Positions 48,778-59,213 of a stretch of DNA of 64,000 bases are shown piece by piece. The notes beneath the pieces are model-generated. The model did no database searches and had not been told where the DNA came from. It was given only the letters and a program-made list of their open reading frames with translations. The translations under genes were made by a program, and so were the position numbers. Source of the stretch: a bacterium (lineage in GTDB: Bacteria; UBA10199; 2-02-FULL-44-16; JAAZCA01); contig CAXXGI010000003.1 of assembly GCA_963674695.2 (NCBI GenBank), forward strand, positions 384,001-448,000, given 5' to 3'. Every line of letters begins with the position of its first letter. Position 1 is the stretch's first letter.

Positions 48778-49311
48778 ATGAAGAGGGATGAGACATATTA
48801 CGACATTTTGGGTATCACGCCGACGGTGCCACAGGAGATCATCACGGTCGTCTATCGAGCCTGGATGATGACGCTCAAGGTGCACCCCGATCTCGGCGGC
48901 GATGAGGATCTGGCCAAGAGGGTGAATGAGGCCTACGAGGTCCTCAAGGATCCGGAGCGTCGGTATGAGTACGATGTTCTGCTCAAGCGTCGGCTTGGGC
49001 CCCAGGGACTCTCCCCTGAAAAACGTCGCGCACCCCGCACGACCGTCGTGACGCCGATTGCCTACTGCGTCCTGCCCGAGAGCGAGTGGCAGAAGGCGGA
49101 GACGATCGACGCCTGCATCATGGGGTTGGGGCTGCACACCTCATCTGAGCTGGTGGTCGGGTCGCATGTGGCGATCGCCTTTCCGGGTCGCACGGAGAAC
49201 GCGGTCGAAGCGATTGTGCGCTGGTCGAATGTGAAGGGCGAACGGTGGATCGGCGGGATCATGTTCACCGCGCCCGTTCCGGACATTCTCTTTCGTCTCG
49301 GCCTGCGGTAG
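48778..49311 (+). CDS. J-domain + PilZ-like protein
   Basis: YYDILG, HPD, NEAYEVL.DP..R..YD; RRAPR. Confidence 0.8.
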   Translation: MKRDETYYDILGITPTVPQEIITVVYRAWMMTLKVHPDLGGDEDLAKRVNEAYEVLKDPERRYEYDVLLKRRLGPQGLSPEKRRAPRTTVVTPIAYCVLPESEWQKAETIDACIMGLGLHTSSELVVGSHVAIAFPGRTENAVEAIVRWSNVKGERWIGGIMFTAPVPDILFRLGLR

Positions 49312-49380
49312 TCATCGGGGAAAAAAGTGGACGTCGGACAGGAAATGCAGTAGGGATAGTAACTGGGGGAGGGAGGCTCT

Positions 49381-50688
49381 ATGGCGATTGAGTCGATCCT
49401 ACCGGTCATTCCATTTCTGACGGCTCTTCTTCCCTCTGTTCGTTCGAAGGGTCTCCCCGCATCGGAACCGATATCAGCCACAGCATCTGCTTTTTCCATG
49501 GCCCCGCGCACGCGTCTGCCCTGGTCGGGGTTTGGGTGGCAAGCGCAGCCGCTGCTCGCGTCGAGCCGTCCATCGATGGTGAAGACGCGCGTGCACGCGG
49601 TGGCGAAGGTCTCGAAGGAGCCGATTGCCAAAGAGGATCTGCTCGAGCACATCCGCTGGCTTTCGCACGACAAACTCAAAGGGCGCGACAGCCCGTCGCC
49701 CGGCCTCGATGAGGCCGCGGGAATCATCGCCGAGGTCTGCGCGGCCTCCGGCCTGCGCGGAGCCAATGGCGGCAACGCGGCCAACCCCTATTTTCAGCCC
49801 TTCGATCTGTACGGCTATACCTCCTATGCCCAGCATCGACAGAACTATGAAGCCAAACTCAAGAAGCGCGATGGACTTGCTGCCCAACGGACACCGATGA
49901 AATATGAACCGGTGCGTCGCTTTCAATATGCCCTGCACGAGGATGAGTATCGGCGTCGCGCGGGCGATGCGAATTTTATCGGCACGAACTACACGAAGTG
50001 GGGCGGCGTGAACAACGTCGCCGCGGTCTTCGAGGGCTCCGACCCGAAGCTCAAGGATGAATACATCCTCGTCTCCGCGCACTACGATCATATCGGTGAA
50101 CGCCGCTGGGGCAGCGGCGATCGCATCTACAACGGCGCGGACGATAACGCCTCCGGGTCGGCAATCCTCTTGAGCGTGTTGCCGGCGCTCGCCGAACTCA
50201 AGCGCCAGGGCAAGGGGCCGAAGCGCTCCATCATCTTCGTCTGGACCGCAGCCGAGGAGAAGGGCCTGGTCGGGGCGGATTACTATTGGAAAAATCCGCT
50301 TGTTTCCATCAAGAGGACACGCGCAGCGATCAACGTCGACATGGTCGCGCGTCTCGGGGCAGAACATCTCTCCGTCATCGATATCGATAAAAAGAAGCGG
50401 CCGAACCTCTTTCGCCCGATCATCGCCGATGCGGGAAAACGTGCGGGATTCTCACGCATCGATCACAATATCGACGAATACCTCTTTCGCCAGGACGGCG
50501 GCATCTGGGTGAAGGCCGGGATCCCAACGATCTTCCTCTTCGAGGGCCTTCCGCTCAACCCCGACTACCACGGCGAGGACGACGAGATCGAGAAGATCAT
50601 CGAAGACAACGGCGGCGAGAAGGTCCATCGCGTCGCCAACCTCACCCTCGACCTCATCCTCCAGACGGCAAATGGCGACATTTCGTAA
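49381..50688 (+). CDS. M28-family peptidase
   Basis: SAHYDH, GADDNASG, AEEKGLVG, INVDM, YH..DD. Confidence 0.9.
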   Translation: MAIESILPVIPFLTALLPSVRSKGLPASEPISATASAFSMAPRTRLPWSGFGWQAQPLLASSRPSMVKTRVHAVAKVSKEPIAKEDLLEHIRWLSHDKLKGRDSPSPGLDEAAGIIAEVCAASGLRGANGGNAANPYFQPFDLYGYTSYAQHRQNYEAKLKKRDGLAAQRTPMKYEPVRRFQYALHEDEYRRRAGDANFIGTNYTKWGGVNNVAAVFEGSDPKLKDEYILVSAHYDHIGERRWGSGDRIYNGADDNASGSAILLSVLPALAELKRQGKGPKRSIIFVWTAAEEKGLVGADYYWKNPLVSIKRTRAAINVDMVARLGAEHLSVIDIDKKKRPNLFRPIIADAGKRAGFSRIDHNIDEYLFRQDGGIWVKAGIPTIFLFEGLPLNPDYHGEDDEIEKIIEDNGGEKVHRVANLTLDLILQTANGDIS

Positions 50689-50777
50689 AATGAATGCGAT
50701 CGCTTGACATCTCCGACCCCCCGGGGTATCAGCCCTTTCCCCTTTGGAAGGGGAGAGAAGTCCTGATATCGACATAT

Positions 50778-50837
<60 letters not shown>

Positions 50838-50851
<14 letters not shown>

Positions 50852-51433
50852 CACATAAAAAAGGGTCCCGTTGTTTGGGACCCTTTTTTATGTGTATTTG
50901 GGTCAGGTTTCGAGGCGACTGGTTCCGACCTTCTGAAAAGCGGCTCGCCGAATAGGCGAGCTCTATAATGCTGAAGTCCTGGAACGTGTGAAGCGCGTTC
51001 CAGGAGTGTCCGGCCCCCGCTACACATAAAAAAGGGTCCCGTTGTTTGGGACCCTTTTTTATGTGTATTTGGGTCAGGTTTCGAGGCGACTGGTTCCGAC
51101 CTTCTGAAAAGCGGCTCGCCGAATAGGCGAGCTCTATAATGCTGAAGTCCTGGAACGTGTGAAGCGCGTTCCAGGAGTGTCCGGCCCCCGCTACACAAAG
51201 AAAAGGTCCCGTTGTTTGGGACCCTTTTTTATGTGTATTTGGGTCAGGTTTCGAGGCGACTGGTTCCGACCTTCTGAAAAGCGGCTCGCCGAATAGGCGA
51301 GCTCTATAATGCTGAAGTCCTGGAACGTGTGAAGCGCGTTCCAGGAGTGTCCGGCCCCCGCTACACAAAGAAAAGGTCCCGTTGTTTGGGGCCTTTTTTT
51401 ATATGTTGGGGTCAGGGTTTGAACCGACCGGTT
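50838..51433 (+). repeat. tRNA-linked ~171-bp tandem repeat (3 full units + a diverged partial)
   Basis: Units start at 50838, 51009, 51180, 51350, each with the tRNA 3' end TCCGGCCCCCGCTACAC plus a terminator hairpin. Confidence 0.9.
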
Positions 51434-51771
51434 CCGACCTTCAGCGGTTTCGGCACTCCGAAGAGGAGTGCCTACAATAGTTGAAGTGCCGGGGAGTGTG
51501 AGCGCGAGCCGGCCGACCTTCAGCGGTTTCGGCACTCCGAAGAGGAGTGCCTACAATAGTTGAAGTGCCGGGGAGTGTGAGCGCGAGCCGGCCGACCTTC
51601 AGCGGTTTCGGCACTCCGAAGAGGAGTGCCTACAATAGTTGAAGTGCCGGGGAGTGTGAGCGCGAGCCGGCCGACCTTCAGCGGTTTCGGCACTCCGAAG
51701 AGGAGTGCCTACAATAGTTGAAGTGCCGGGGAGTGTGAGCGCGAGCCGGCCGACCTTCCGAAAAGGCGAGC
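51434..51771 (+). repeat. 79-bp tandem repeat x4 plus a partial unit
   Basis: Units at 51434, 51513, 51592, 51671, 51750 (partial). Confidence 0.9.
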
Positions 51772-51961
51772 CAGACTGCTGACAAAGTCACTTCATGTTA
51801 TCATTATCCAAGATTGAAGGTTGTCATTCCCGCGCAGGCGGGAATCTCGCTTTTAACGGCACACCGAGATCCCCGCTTTCGCGAGGATGACAAAACATGG
51901 GTTTGTCATCAGTCTGGGGTCCCGCAGTTTGGGACCTTTTTCTTTGTGTGGGGTGTCGAGG

Positions 51962-52606
51962 TTAAACCGTGTCTTCGATGCGGATTTTCTTTTTTGGCTT
52001 TGATTTTTGCTCTCGATGATCCCCTTCGGGTTGCTTCGTCTCCTTCTGTTTCTCATGCGTTTTGATCACATCGAGAAATTCGGAGACGCGCTTGGCCGTG
52101 GCGGGGTGATAGGTGAGCAGGGCCTGGTCGAAACGAAGTCCCTCCATCGTTTCGAAGTCGAAGATGCAGTCGATCCGAGGGGCGAACAGTGAGCGTTCAT
52201 CATCAAGCGGAATTTCCAGGAGCGAGAGATCGCATGACTTTGCGCACATCGCTCCCCTCAGGAGGAAGAGTTCATCCACTGTTGTCTTCCCATCGGCATC
52301 TCCAGCGATATCGGCAGCGATGACCTCCATGCAGCTGCGGTCATCCGTGATCAGGGTGCCGTCATCCTCGTAGAGCCCATTCCAGTAGGTGAGGTTGAAG
52401 TTGGAATCGGGATTTTCCCGCAGCATCCGTTTGACGACGACATATGCCGTCAGATAGCCGTCGGTGACATCACCTTCATCCTCGATGATCGTCTTTTCGA
52501 CGAGCTGTTCGAAGGCTTCGAGTTCGGTGCGATCCAGTTTTCCATCGATCTTTTGGCCAATGAGTTGGTCGATCTGAAACTGGTCAGAGATGGAGAGCGT
52601 TCGCAT
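51962..52606 (-). CDS. Acidic hypothetical protein with EF-hand-like loops and basic tail
   Basis: AAGGA RBS; IDGKLDRTEL and DADGKTTVDEL. Confidence 0.65.
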   Translation of the reverse strand: MRTLSISDQFQIDQLIGQKIDGKLDRTELEAFEQLVEKTIIEDEGDVTDGYLTAYVVVKRMLRENPDSNFNLTYWNGLYEDDGTLITDDRSCMEVIAADIAGDADGKTTVDELFLLRGAMCAKSCDLSLLEIPLDDERSLFAPRIDCIFDFETMEGLRFDQALLTYHPATAKRVSEFLDVIKTHEKQKETKQPEGDHREQKSKPKKKIRIEDTV

Positions 52607-52670
52607 GGTCTTATCCTTTATGCCATCGGGGCAGGGCCTTCGATGAGGGTTTATGCTGGCTGTGGTGAGC

Positions 52671-52697
52671 TTATCGCCGTTTGCGGCGAGAAGTTGC
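52671..52697 (-). promoter_or_regulatory. GCAAC-N16-CGATAA motif (site 5), overlapping the rnd 3' end
   Basis: Reverse strand reads GCAAC ttctcgccgcaaacgg CGATAA. Confidence 0.65.
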
Positions 52698-53876
52698 CTG
52701 TTTTTTGGGGAATTCTTGAAACAATATTGAAAGAGCGGGTTCGATGAGCGTTGCCTGCCAGTTGAGGAGTCCGGCCTGCGCGACGAATGCCTCAGCCGTT
52801 TGCAGCTTTTCGCGCGCAATGGCGCTCAGGGCGGTTTTTGGGGCGATGACGGCGGGGGGGATCTCAAGCTCCCGGGCGATTGTTGCCACGGCGTCGCGCA
52901 GGGCGCCGACGAGCTCACGGTTGTCCTCGCCGCGATGTTTGGCTCGCGTCGGCCGCGCGGGCCACGCATGCTGTGGCAGCGCACGGGCCTCGGCGATCGC
53001 CCCCTTCAGAGCGGACAGCCGAGATCCGGTGATGTGGCGCGGGAGCTTCGGTCCTTCGTCGAGCGATGCGCGCGGGTGGGCTGCGGCCCATCGGGAGAGT
53101 CGGACGAGGAGTTCATTGGTCGCGACCCAGAAGGGAGGGCGGTCGGCCTTTGAGGCCAGCCCATCGCGCCAGTGCCAGAGGGCACGGAGGAAACGGAGTT
53201 CGGCTGATTCCAATGGCCCCGCACCCTTGATGCGCCATCGGTTTTCCTCATCGCGTTCGCGTTCGATGCCGGTCGCCGTCACCAGCGCGGCGCAGTTCTC
53301 GCGATGCCAGGTGAGTCGATCGTGTTCGCGAAGATCCTCTTCGAGGCTGTCAGCGACGGAGAGCAGATAGCGCACATCGTCGGCGGCATAAGAGAGGAGA
53401 TCGTCCGCCAGAGGGCGGCGTGACCAGTTCGACTTTTGCCCATGCTTCGAAAGTTTCACGCCATGAACGCGATCGACCAGGGCGGCGAGCCCCAACCCAT
53501 CATATCCCAAGAGCTGCGCGGCGATCATCGTGTCGAAGATCGGTGCACGCGGTCGAAAGCCATACGCCTGGGCGAGCATGCGCAGGTCGAAATCGGCGCC
53601 GTGCAGGACGAGCGGTTTTTCGGCAAAGCATTCCAAGAGAGGATCGAGTGTGAGCCCCGCCAACGGATCGATGAGGGCGATCGTATCATCCGTGGCGATC
53701 TGGATGAGGCAAACCTTCTCATAATAATGATGGAGGCTGTCGGCCTCGGTGTCGATCGCGATGCGACTGGCGCGCTCGCAATCGCGGATGAGCTGCGCCA
53801 AACGGGCGTCGGTATCGATAAACGAGGATTGAAGAGGGGCAGAGGGTTTCAACGGATGTCCAGTTCCTTCTACCAT
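52671..53876 (-). CDS. rnd: Ribonuclease D
   Basis: AIDTEADS, LIQIA, LHGADFDL, DTMIAA, WSRRPL, YAADDV; HRDC region. Confidence 0.9.
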   Translation of the reverse strand: MVEGTGHPLKPSAPLQSSFIDTDARLAQLIRDCERASRIAIDTEADSLHHYYEKVCLIQIATDDTIALIDPLAGLTLDPLLECFAEKPLVLHGADFDLRMLAQAYGFRPRAPIFDTMIAAQLLGYDGLGLAALVDRVHGVKLSKHGQKSNWSRRPLADDLLSYAADDVRYLLSVADSLEEDLREHDRLTWHRENCAALVTATGIERERDEENRWRIKGAGPLESAELRFLRALWHWRDGLASKADRPPFWVATNELLVRLSRWAAAHPRASLDEGPKLPRHITGSRLSALKGAIAEARALPQHAWPARPTRAKHRGEDNRELVGALRDAVATIARELEIPPAVIAPKTALSAIAREKLQTAEAFVAQAGLLNWQATLIEPALSILFQEFPKKQATSRRKRR

Positions 53877-55138
53877 CGGCTGGGGCGGCGCTTGCCACTG
53901 TTCTTTTTTGGGGCGACGTGTTCGATATAGGGTTCAACGCCCGGTGCCGTACACCGCGGCAGCTCTGCTTCGATCGCCTTTTCGATTTGCTCGATGATAT
54001 TGGCATCCATCCAGGTAGCGATCAGGGAAACGAGACCGAGTGCATCGAGACGCGCGGTGCGTCCTGCGCGATGGATGTATTCCTCTACCGTCCCCGGAGG
54101 ACCGAAGTTGATGATGTGTTCGATGCCGCGCACATCGATGCCGCGTGCGGCGATATCGGTGGCGACGAGGATGCGATGCTGCCCCTCCCGGAAGCCGCCG
54201 AGGGCGTCGGTGCGTTCGCGCTGCGTGCGATCGGAGTGGATCTTGGCCACCGGATGCCCTTGCTTGTCGAGCTGGCGCTCGAGCCAGTCGGCGTCGCGTT
54301 TGGTGCGCGTGAAGACGAGCGTCGATCCCAACTCCTGGTTGATCAGCGAGATGAGACAGCGCTTCATGTGTGGCTGCTCGACCAGATAGAGCCGATGGGT
54401 GATCCCTTCGGCCGCGCGCCCTGAGGGCAAAATGTCGATGTGCTGTGGGTCGGTGAGAAACTGTTGTGCGAGCCGCTCGATCGCCTGTGGCATCGTGGCC
54501 GAGAACATCATCGTGTGACGATTTTTCGGCACGGTCTTGAGGATCTTATTCACCTGCGGCAGAAATCCCAGATCGAGCATGTGATCCGCCTCGTCGAGCA
54601 CCAATTCCGAGACCTCGTTGAGGCGAACGTTCTTGCGGTTCATATGGTCGAAGAGCCGGCCCGGCGTGGCTACCACGATATCGGGTTTCTTCTTGAGCGC
54701 GGAAATTTGCGGCCCCATCGCGACGCCGCCGATGAGGCAGGCGGTGGAGAGGTTATGGTGTTTGCCGAAGAGGTCCAAAAAGGCCTTCGTCTGGAGGGCG
54801 ATCTCGCGCGTGGGGCAGAGGATCAGTCCGCGAAGGCCCTCACCGTGGCCCAAGCGCTCGGCCATCGGGATGACGAACGCCGCAGTCTTGCCGGATCCGG
54901 TCTGGGCCAGGCCGATGATATCATGCCCTTCAAGCGACGGCGGAATCACCTGTTGCTGAATTGGCGTGGGGTGCTCAAATCCAACTTGAGCGATCGCCTT
55001 GACGATGGAGGGGGACAGCCCCAGCTCATCGAAGGTCGCTGCTGTGGTTTCAACCGGATGCGCTCCAAGCGCGCTGGATGTTTCTGATAGGGTTGTCATA
55101 ATGGGCGCGTTCATAGCGGAAGGCCGCAGAAAGTGCAA
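53870..55138 (-). CDS. DEAD-box RNA helicase (start uncertain)
   Basis: AQTGSGKT, PTREIA, DEAD, SAT, ARGID, HRAGRTAR. Confidence 0.93.
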   Translation of the reverse strand: MHFLRPSAMNAPIMTTLSETSSALGAHPVETTAATFDELGLSPSIVKAIAQVGFEHPTPIQQQVIPPSLEGHDIIGLAQTGSGKTAAFVIPMAERLGHGEGLRGLILCPTREIALQTKAFLDLFGKHHNLSTACLIGGVAMGPQISALKKKPDIVVATPGRLFDHMNRKNVRLNEVSELVLDEADHMLDLGFLPQVNKILKTVPKNRHTMMFSATMPQAIERLAQQFLTDPQHIDILPSGRAAEGITHRLYLVEQPHMKRCLISLINQELGSTLVFTRTKRDADWLERQLDKQGHPVAKIHSDRTQRERTDALGGFREGQHRILVATDIAARGIDVRGIEHIINFGPPGTVEEYIHRAGRTARLDALGLVSLIATWMDANIIEQIEKAIEAELPRCTAPGVEPYIEHVAPKKNSGKRRPSRW

Positions 55139-55492
55139 TATTTACTCCATATCGTTGCTTTTGGGGAGGGTGGTGTGAAAAAGGGAGCCTTCGTGTGAAG
55201 GCTCCGGATTGATGCCAAACCCTCGTTGTGTCATCCCCGCGAAGGCGGGGATCTCGATTGGCCATTATAAGGCGAGATTCCCCCGCCACACAACCGGCGG
55301 GCAGGCTGTCTTCGCGGGAATGACGACACCCTTCAGTTTTCGGAAATGACGGCATGAGGAGACTTTGTCAGCAGTCTGGAGCCTTCACACGAAGGCGCCC
55401 TGTATGTTCTTCACCTGAGTAGGGATCTTGACGAGAATGGCTGATTCATGACAACCAAGGCGTAGTCGAGCATCGATTCAAATCGGGAGGGC

Positions 55493-55909
55493 GTGATGAG
55501 ATACGGAATGTGGATATTGGCGTTGGTGTTCATCGTTGGCATCGGATGTGGGAGTTCGCAGACGGTCACTCCGCCGACGGCCGATGAGATCCAAGGCGCG
55601 ATCGCGGCGGCCAATCCGGATGGCATCGTGGCCGGTCAGGCCATGAACGCGGCGACGCTTCCGCCCTGTTTGGATAGCGACGGCAACGCACTCGTCGGCG
55701 GCATCTACAGCTACGGCCTGGTCGAGGACGGAACGGATACCATTCCGGAGTGGCTCACCTTCGGCGCCCAGACGCGCGTGTTCGCAATGGCCGATGGATA
55801 CGATGCCGTGCCGGCTTCCGCCGTCGGCGAGACCACGATGGGATATACCTGCCAGTGGGAAGCCACCGACCGCCGCGTGACGACCTTTACGCTTAGCGTG
55901 ACCGAATAA
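55493..55909 (+). CDS. Hypothetical lipoprotein
   Basis: Signal peptide and lipobox IGC. Confidence 0.7.
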   Translation: MMRYGMWILALVFIVGIGCGSSQTVTPPTADEIQGAIAAANPDGIVAGQAMNAATLPPCLDSDGNALVGGIYSYGLVEDGTDTIPEWLTFGAQTRVFAMADGYDAVPASAVGETTMGYTCQWEATDRRVTTFTLSVTE

Positions 55910-55952
55910 ACGACATCGGTTGCATGCTTTATTGAATTGTCCTTTTTTTTTA

Positions 55953-55979
55953 GCAACTTCTGTTACCATCTGTCGATAA
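55953..55979 (+). promoter_or_regulatory. GCAAC-N16-CGATAA motif (site 6)
   Basis: GCAAC ttctgttaccatctgt CGATAA, 42 nt before ATG 56022. Confidence 0.7.
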
Positions 55980-56021
55980 TGGATATGTTGGGGGAGAACA
56001 ACATAATGAAGGAGGTCTCCT

Positions 56022-56453
56022 ATGGGTGGATTAAACTTGAATCGTTTTTATGACGATATCCATTTCGACCGGGACTGGCGGTATATGAAGAATGGGGAGC
56101 ATATCGCGGCGGCTGCGGAGATCGTGAAGGATGCGACGATCGCTTCTCTTTTCTACAATGATGCCGATGGCATCTGTGAGTCGGAGAGCATCGCGCAACA
56201 GAGCCGTGTTGATTCCGAAGATTGTTTTTCGATGGAACCGAATGCCTCGTTTGTCGATGGGACCGTCGGTCATGTCGAATCAGATGGGAGGATCGTTGGA
56301 GCAATGCGTTATCAGGAAATATCCACCGAGGCAATGGAGACTATTCATAACCGATTATTGAAAGCATTCGAGGTGCTTGATAAGCTTCGTCAGGATGAGC
56401 CATCTCTACTCAGATCTAAGCTCTTTCAGCCGAGACCGCCGGTTCTCGAATAA
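56022..56453 (+). CDS. Hypothetical protein
   Basis: AAGGAGG RBS; promoter motif upstream. Confidence 0.7.
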   Translation: MGGLNLNRFYDDIHFDRDWRYMKNGEHIAAAAEIVKDATIASLFYNDADGICESESIAQQSRVDSEDCFSMEPNASFVDGTVGHVESDGRIVGAMRYQEISTEAMETIHNRLLKAFEVLDKLRQDEPSLLRSKLFQPRPPVLE

Positions 56454-56654
56454 TCGTCCATTCAGAATGCCTTCACCCGACCGGCCGGGCCACACGCCTC
56501 GCCGGTCGTTGTGCGAGGAGTGCCTATCGGAACTTGTCATAAGGGGTCTTTGTTTTTGTCATCCCCGCGAAAGCGGGGATCTCGATTGACCCCTCATAAG
56601 CGAGATTCCCGCTTTCGCGGGAATGACACCTTACCAAATGGGGACACGCCTTAG

Positions 56655-56777
56655 TTCAATATGGAAGCGCGCTATCCCGAGGATCTGAAGGCCTTCTATA
56701 AGAAAGCGACAAAGGTGTATACCAAGCAATACCTGGATATGACCAAGGAGATGTGGGCGTGGTTCCGAAAAAAATAA
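56655..56777 (+). pseudogene. 3' remnant of a HEPN-domain gene
   Basis: Frame reads FNMEARYPEDLKAFYKKATKVYTKQYLDMTKEMWAWFRKK*, overlapping the MNT start; in-frame TAG directly upstream. Confidence 0.65.
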
Positions 56778-57073
56778 AAGCAGTGATCGAGCGATTCAAA
56801 CGGGCCTTGAAAGAGGCTCATTTCCCTTCTGCGCGAATCATTCTCTTCGGCTCCTATGCACGAAACGAGGCGAGGACGGATAGCGACATCGATCTCTGTC
56901 TGATCTCTTCTGCGTTTTCGTCTGATCCGGAACGGTTTCGGAAGGAGGCGACGATCATCGCCTATCATGTCGATCCGCGCATTCAGGTGGTCGTGGTCGA
57001 TCCGAAACGCCTCAAGTCCGATCAGCTCTCTCCCTTGTTCAGTTACATCCGCAAGGAAGGCATCGCGGCGTAA
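56753..57073 (+). CDS. Minimal nucleotidyltransferase (MNT antitoxin-like)
   Basis: ILFGSYAR....DSDIDL. Confidence 0.88.
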   Translation: MGVVPKKIKAVIERFKRALKEAHFPSARIILFGSYARNEARTDSDIDLCLISSAFSSDPERFRKEATIIAYHVDPRIQVVVVDPKRLKSDQLSPLFSYIRKEGIAA

Positions 57074-57076
57074 TCC

Positions 57077-58498
57077 CTACAGATCATAATACCGCGCGAT
57101 CTCCCAGGGGTGGGGGATGCGGCGCATCTCGTCGATGTCGCGCTGTTTGGCGGCGATCCAGGTGGCGATGAGCGCCTCGGGGAAGACGCCGCGGTATTGC
57201 AGATAGGCGTTGTCATTCTCCAGTCCGCGCAGGGCGTCTTCGAGCGTTGCGGGGAAGGAGCGGATCTTGCGAAGCTCCTCCGGAGGAAGCTTATAGAGGT
57301 TCGTTTCAAAGGGCCCAAATCCCTCGCGGGTCGGGTCGAGTTTTTTGCGCGCGCCGTCGAGCGAGGCCATGATCATTGCGGCGAAGGCCAGATACGGATT
57401 GCAGGTCGCGTCGATCGTGCGGAACTCGAAGCGGCGATGTTCGGGGTCGGTGATATATCCCGGGATGCGGATGGCCGCCGAGCGGTTGGCCTTGGCAAAG
57501 GCGGCCTTTACCGGCGCTTCAAGCCCCGGGATGAGCCGCCGATAGGAGTTGGTCGTGGGGTTGGTCAGCGCCAGGAGCGAGTCGGCGTGGGTCAGAATCC
57601 CGGCGATGGCCGCCAGTGCCGTATCGCTCAAGTCGTAGAGGCCTCCCTCGGCGTTGAAGACGTTCTTTCCCTCCCGAAACCAGCACTGATGGACGTGCAT
57701 GCCGTTGCCGGCTTCATTCGGAATGAGCTTCGGGATGAAGGTGATGATCTTTCCATGTTTGCGCGCGATGCGATGGCAGATGTGTTTGGCCAGCGTCGTG
57801 GCATCGGCCATGAACTGCACGGGGGTGAGCTGGAATTCGATCTCGGCCTGGGAGCTTCCGACCTCGTGGTGGTGGTACTTGATCTGCATCCCCAGCGCTT
57901 TGAGGGCGGTGACGATCTCGTTGCGAATGCCCAGGAGATGATCGTTCGGCTCTGCGCGAAAATAACCGCGGTTGGAGGCGATGCGATAGTTCTCTTCACC
58001 CCCCGGGGGGCTGGGGATCTCGCTGCTCTCGATGCGAAAGGCGGTCTCCCGACGCGTCATCATGCTGTCGAGTTCGTCGAGGACGTTGAACTCCAACTCG
58101 ACGCCCACGCGCATCTCATCGGCCAGCCCCTCTGCCGCCAATGTGGCGATCGCCTTGTCGACGATGTGGCGCAGGTCCTGCCCGAAGTTGCCTTCTTCGT
58201 TCGTCTGCATGATGTCGCACAGAAAGGAGAGGGTGCGCGCCTCCGGATCGACCGGGTCTTCGAAGCCGCAATGCAGGTCGGGAACGAGGAGCATGTCGGA
58301 GTCGTCGACCGTCGCGTAGCCTAAATTCGAGGCGTCAAAGCCGATGCCTTTGGCGACCGTTCGGTCCGAGAAGGTGTCGGCCGGGATGGTCACCGTTCGA
58401 AAACGCCCGTCGATGTCCGAGACCATCAGCGCGATGAAGGCGATGTTGTTCTTGTCGACGAATTTCCGAACATCTCGGGCATCGGCGAAGGCGCGCAT
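57077..58498 (-). CDS. glnA: Glutamine synthetase type I
   Basis: GFDAS, HHHEVG, GNGMHVH, NSYRRL.PG.EAP, NRSAAIRIP, EFR..D. Confidence 0.93.
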   Translation of the reverse strand: MRAFADARDVRKFVDKNNIAFIALMVSDIDGRFRTVTIPADTFSDRTVAKGIGFDASNLGYATVDDSDMLLVPDLHCGFEDPVDPEARTLSFLCDIMQTNEEGNFGQDLRHIVDKAIATLAAEGLADEMRVGVELEFNVLDELDSMMTRRETAFRIESSEIPSPPGGEENYRIASNRGYFRAEPNDHLLGIRNEIVTALKALGMQIKYHHHEVGSSQAEIEFQLTPVQFMADATTLAKHICHRIARKHGKIITFIPKLIPNEAGNGMHVHQCWFREGKNVFNAEGGLYDLSDTALAAIAGILTHADSLLALTNPTTNSYRRLIPGLEAPVKAAFAKANRSAAIRIPGYITDPEHRRFEFRTIDATCNPYLAFAAMIMASLDGARKKLDPTREGFGPFETNLYKLPPEELRKIRSFPATLEDALRGLENDNAYLQYRGVFPEALIATWIAAKQRDIDEMRRIPHPWEIARYYDL

Positions 58499-58520
58499 AG
58501 GATTCTCCCTTATGTCTGTA

Positions 58521-59120
58521 TTAGTCGGATGATTTTCGTCCCTTTGGTTCCTGGAAGGCGAGGCTCGAAAGGATCTCCTGGAATTCCGGGGTGTTCTTTT
58601 CAAATGCCTTTGGAGTCCCGAAGTAGTCGATCATATAGGCATAGCCGTAGGCGGGGGTGACGATCGTGATGGTCAGGAGCGGGCGGTTCAGATAGCGCGT
58701 GCGAATAGCGGCATAGCGGCCGACGGCAATCTCCTCATCGGTGAAGGGTCCCAGATGTGCGGTTGTGGTGGCATTTTGTTGTGAGCGTTGCCAGGCGAGC
58801 CAATCGGCAGCCGTGCGAACCTTCGAAAAGGAGGGGATCGTGTTCTCCAGCACACGCACATCCTCCACGCGCAGTTTCACGACGGCACCCTTCGGGTTTT
58901 CGTTGGGGGTGAAGACGACATCGTCGCGCGTGGTGGCAAACCGTACGGCTGGGGAGCCCGACTGTTTGTCCAGCTGGCCGATCCACCACTTTTTCGGATA
59001 ACGCAGGCTGTAGCCGAAATGCTTGTTCTTGTATTGCTTCGTGCTGCCGGCGAAAACGGTGGGGGAAAATGCCATCGCGGTCAAGGCGAAGGCGACACAG
59101 AGGATGAGGATTCGTTTCAT
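58521..59120 (-). CDS. Exported protein, PsbP/Mog1-like
   Basis: Signal peptide; YKNKHFGYSLRYPKKW; FQEILSSL.F. Confidence 0.6.
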   Translation of the reverse strand: MKRILILCVAFALTAMAFSPTVFAGSTKQYKNKHFGYSLRYPKKWWIGQLDKQSGSPAVRFATTRDDVVFTPNENPKGAVVKLRVEDVRVLENTIPSFSKVRTAADWLAWQRSQQNATTTAHLGPFTDEEIAVGRYAAIRTRYLNRPLLTITIVTPAYGYAYMIDYFGTPKAFEKNTPEFQEILSSLAFQEPKGRKSSD

Positions 59121-59213
59121 GGTTGGCGATTGTGCGTGGATGCGTCGTCGATGTCAACAGGCGCAAAAAAAGCCAGGCCGTTTGGCCTGGCTCTTTGGGA
59201 ATGCAGAAAATGG

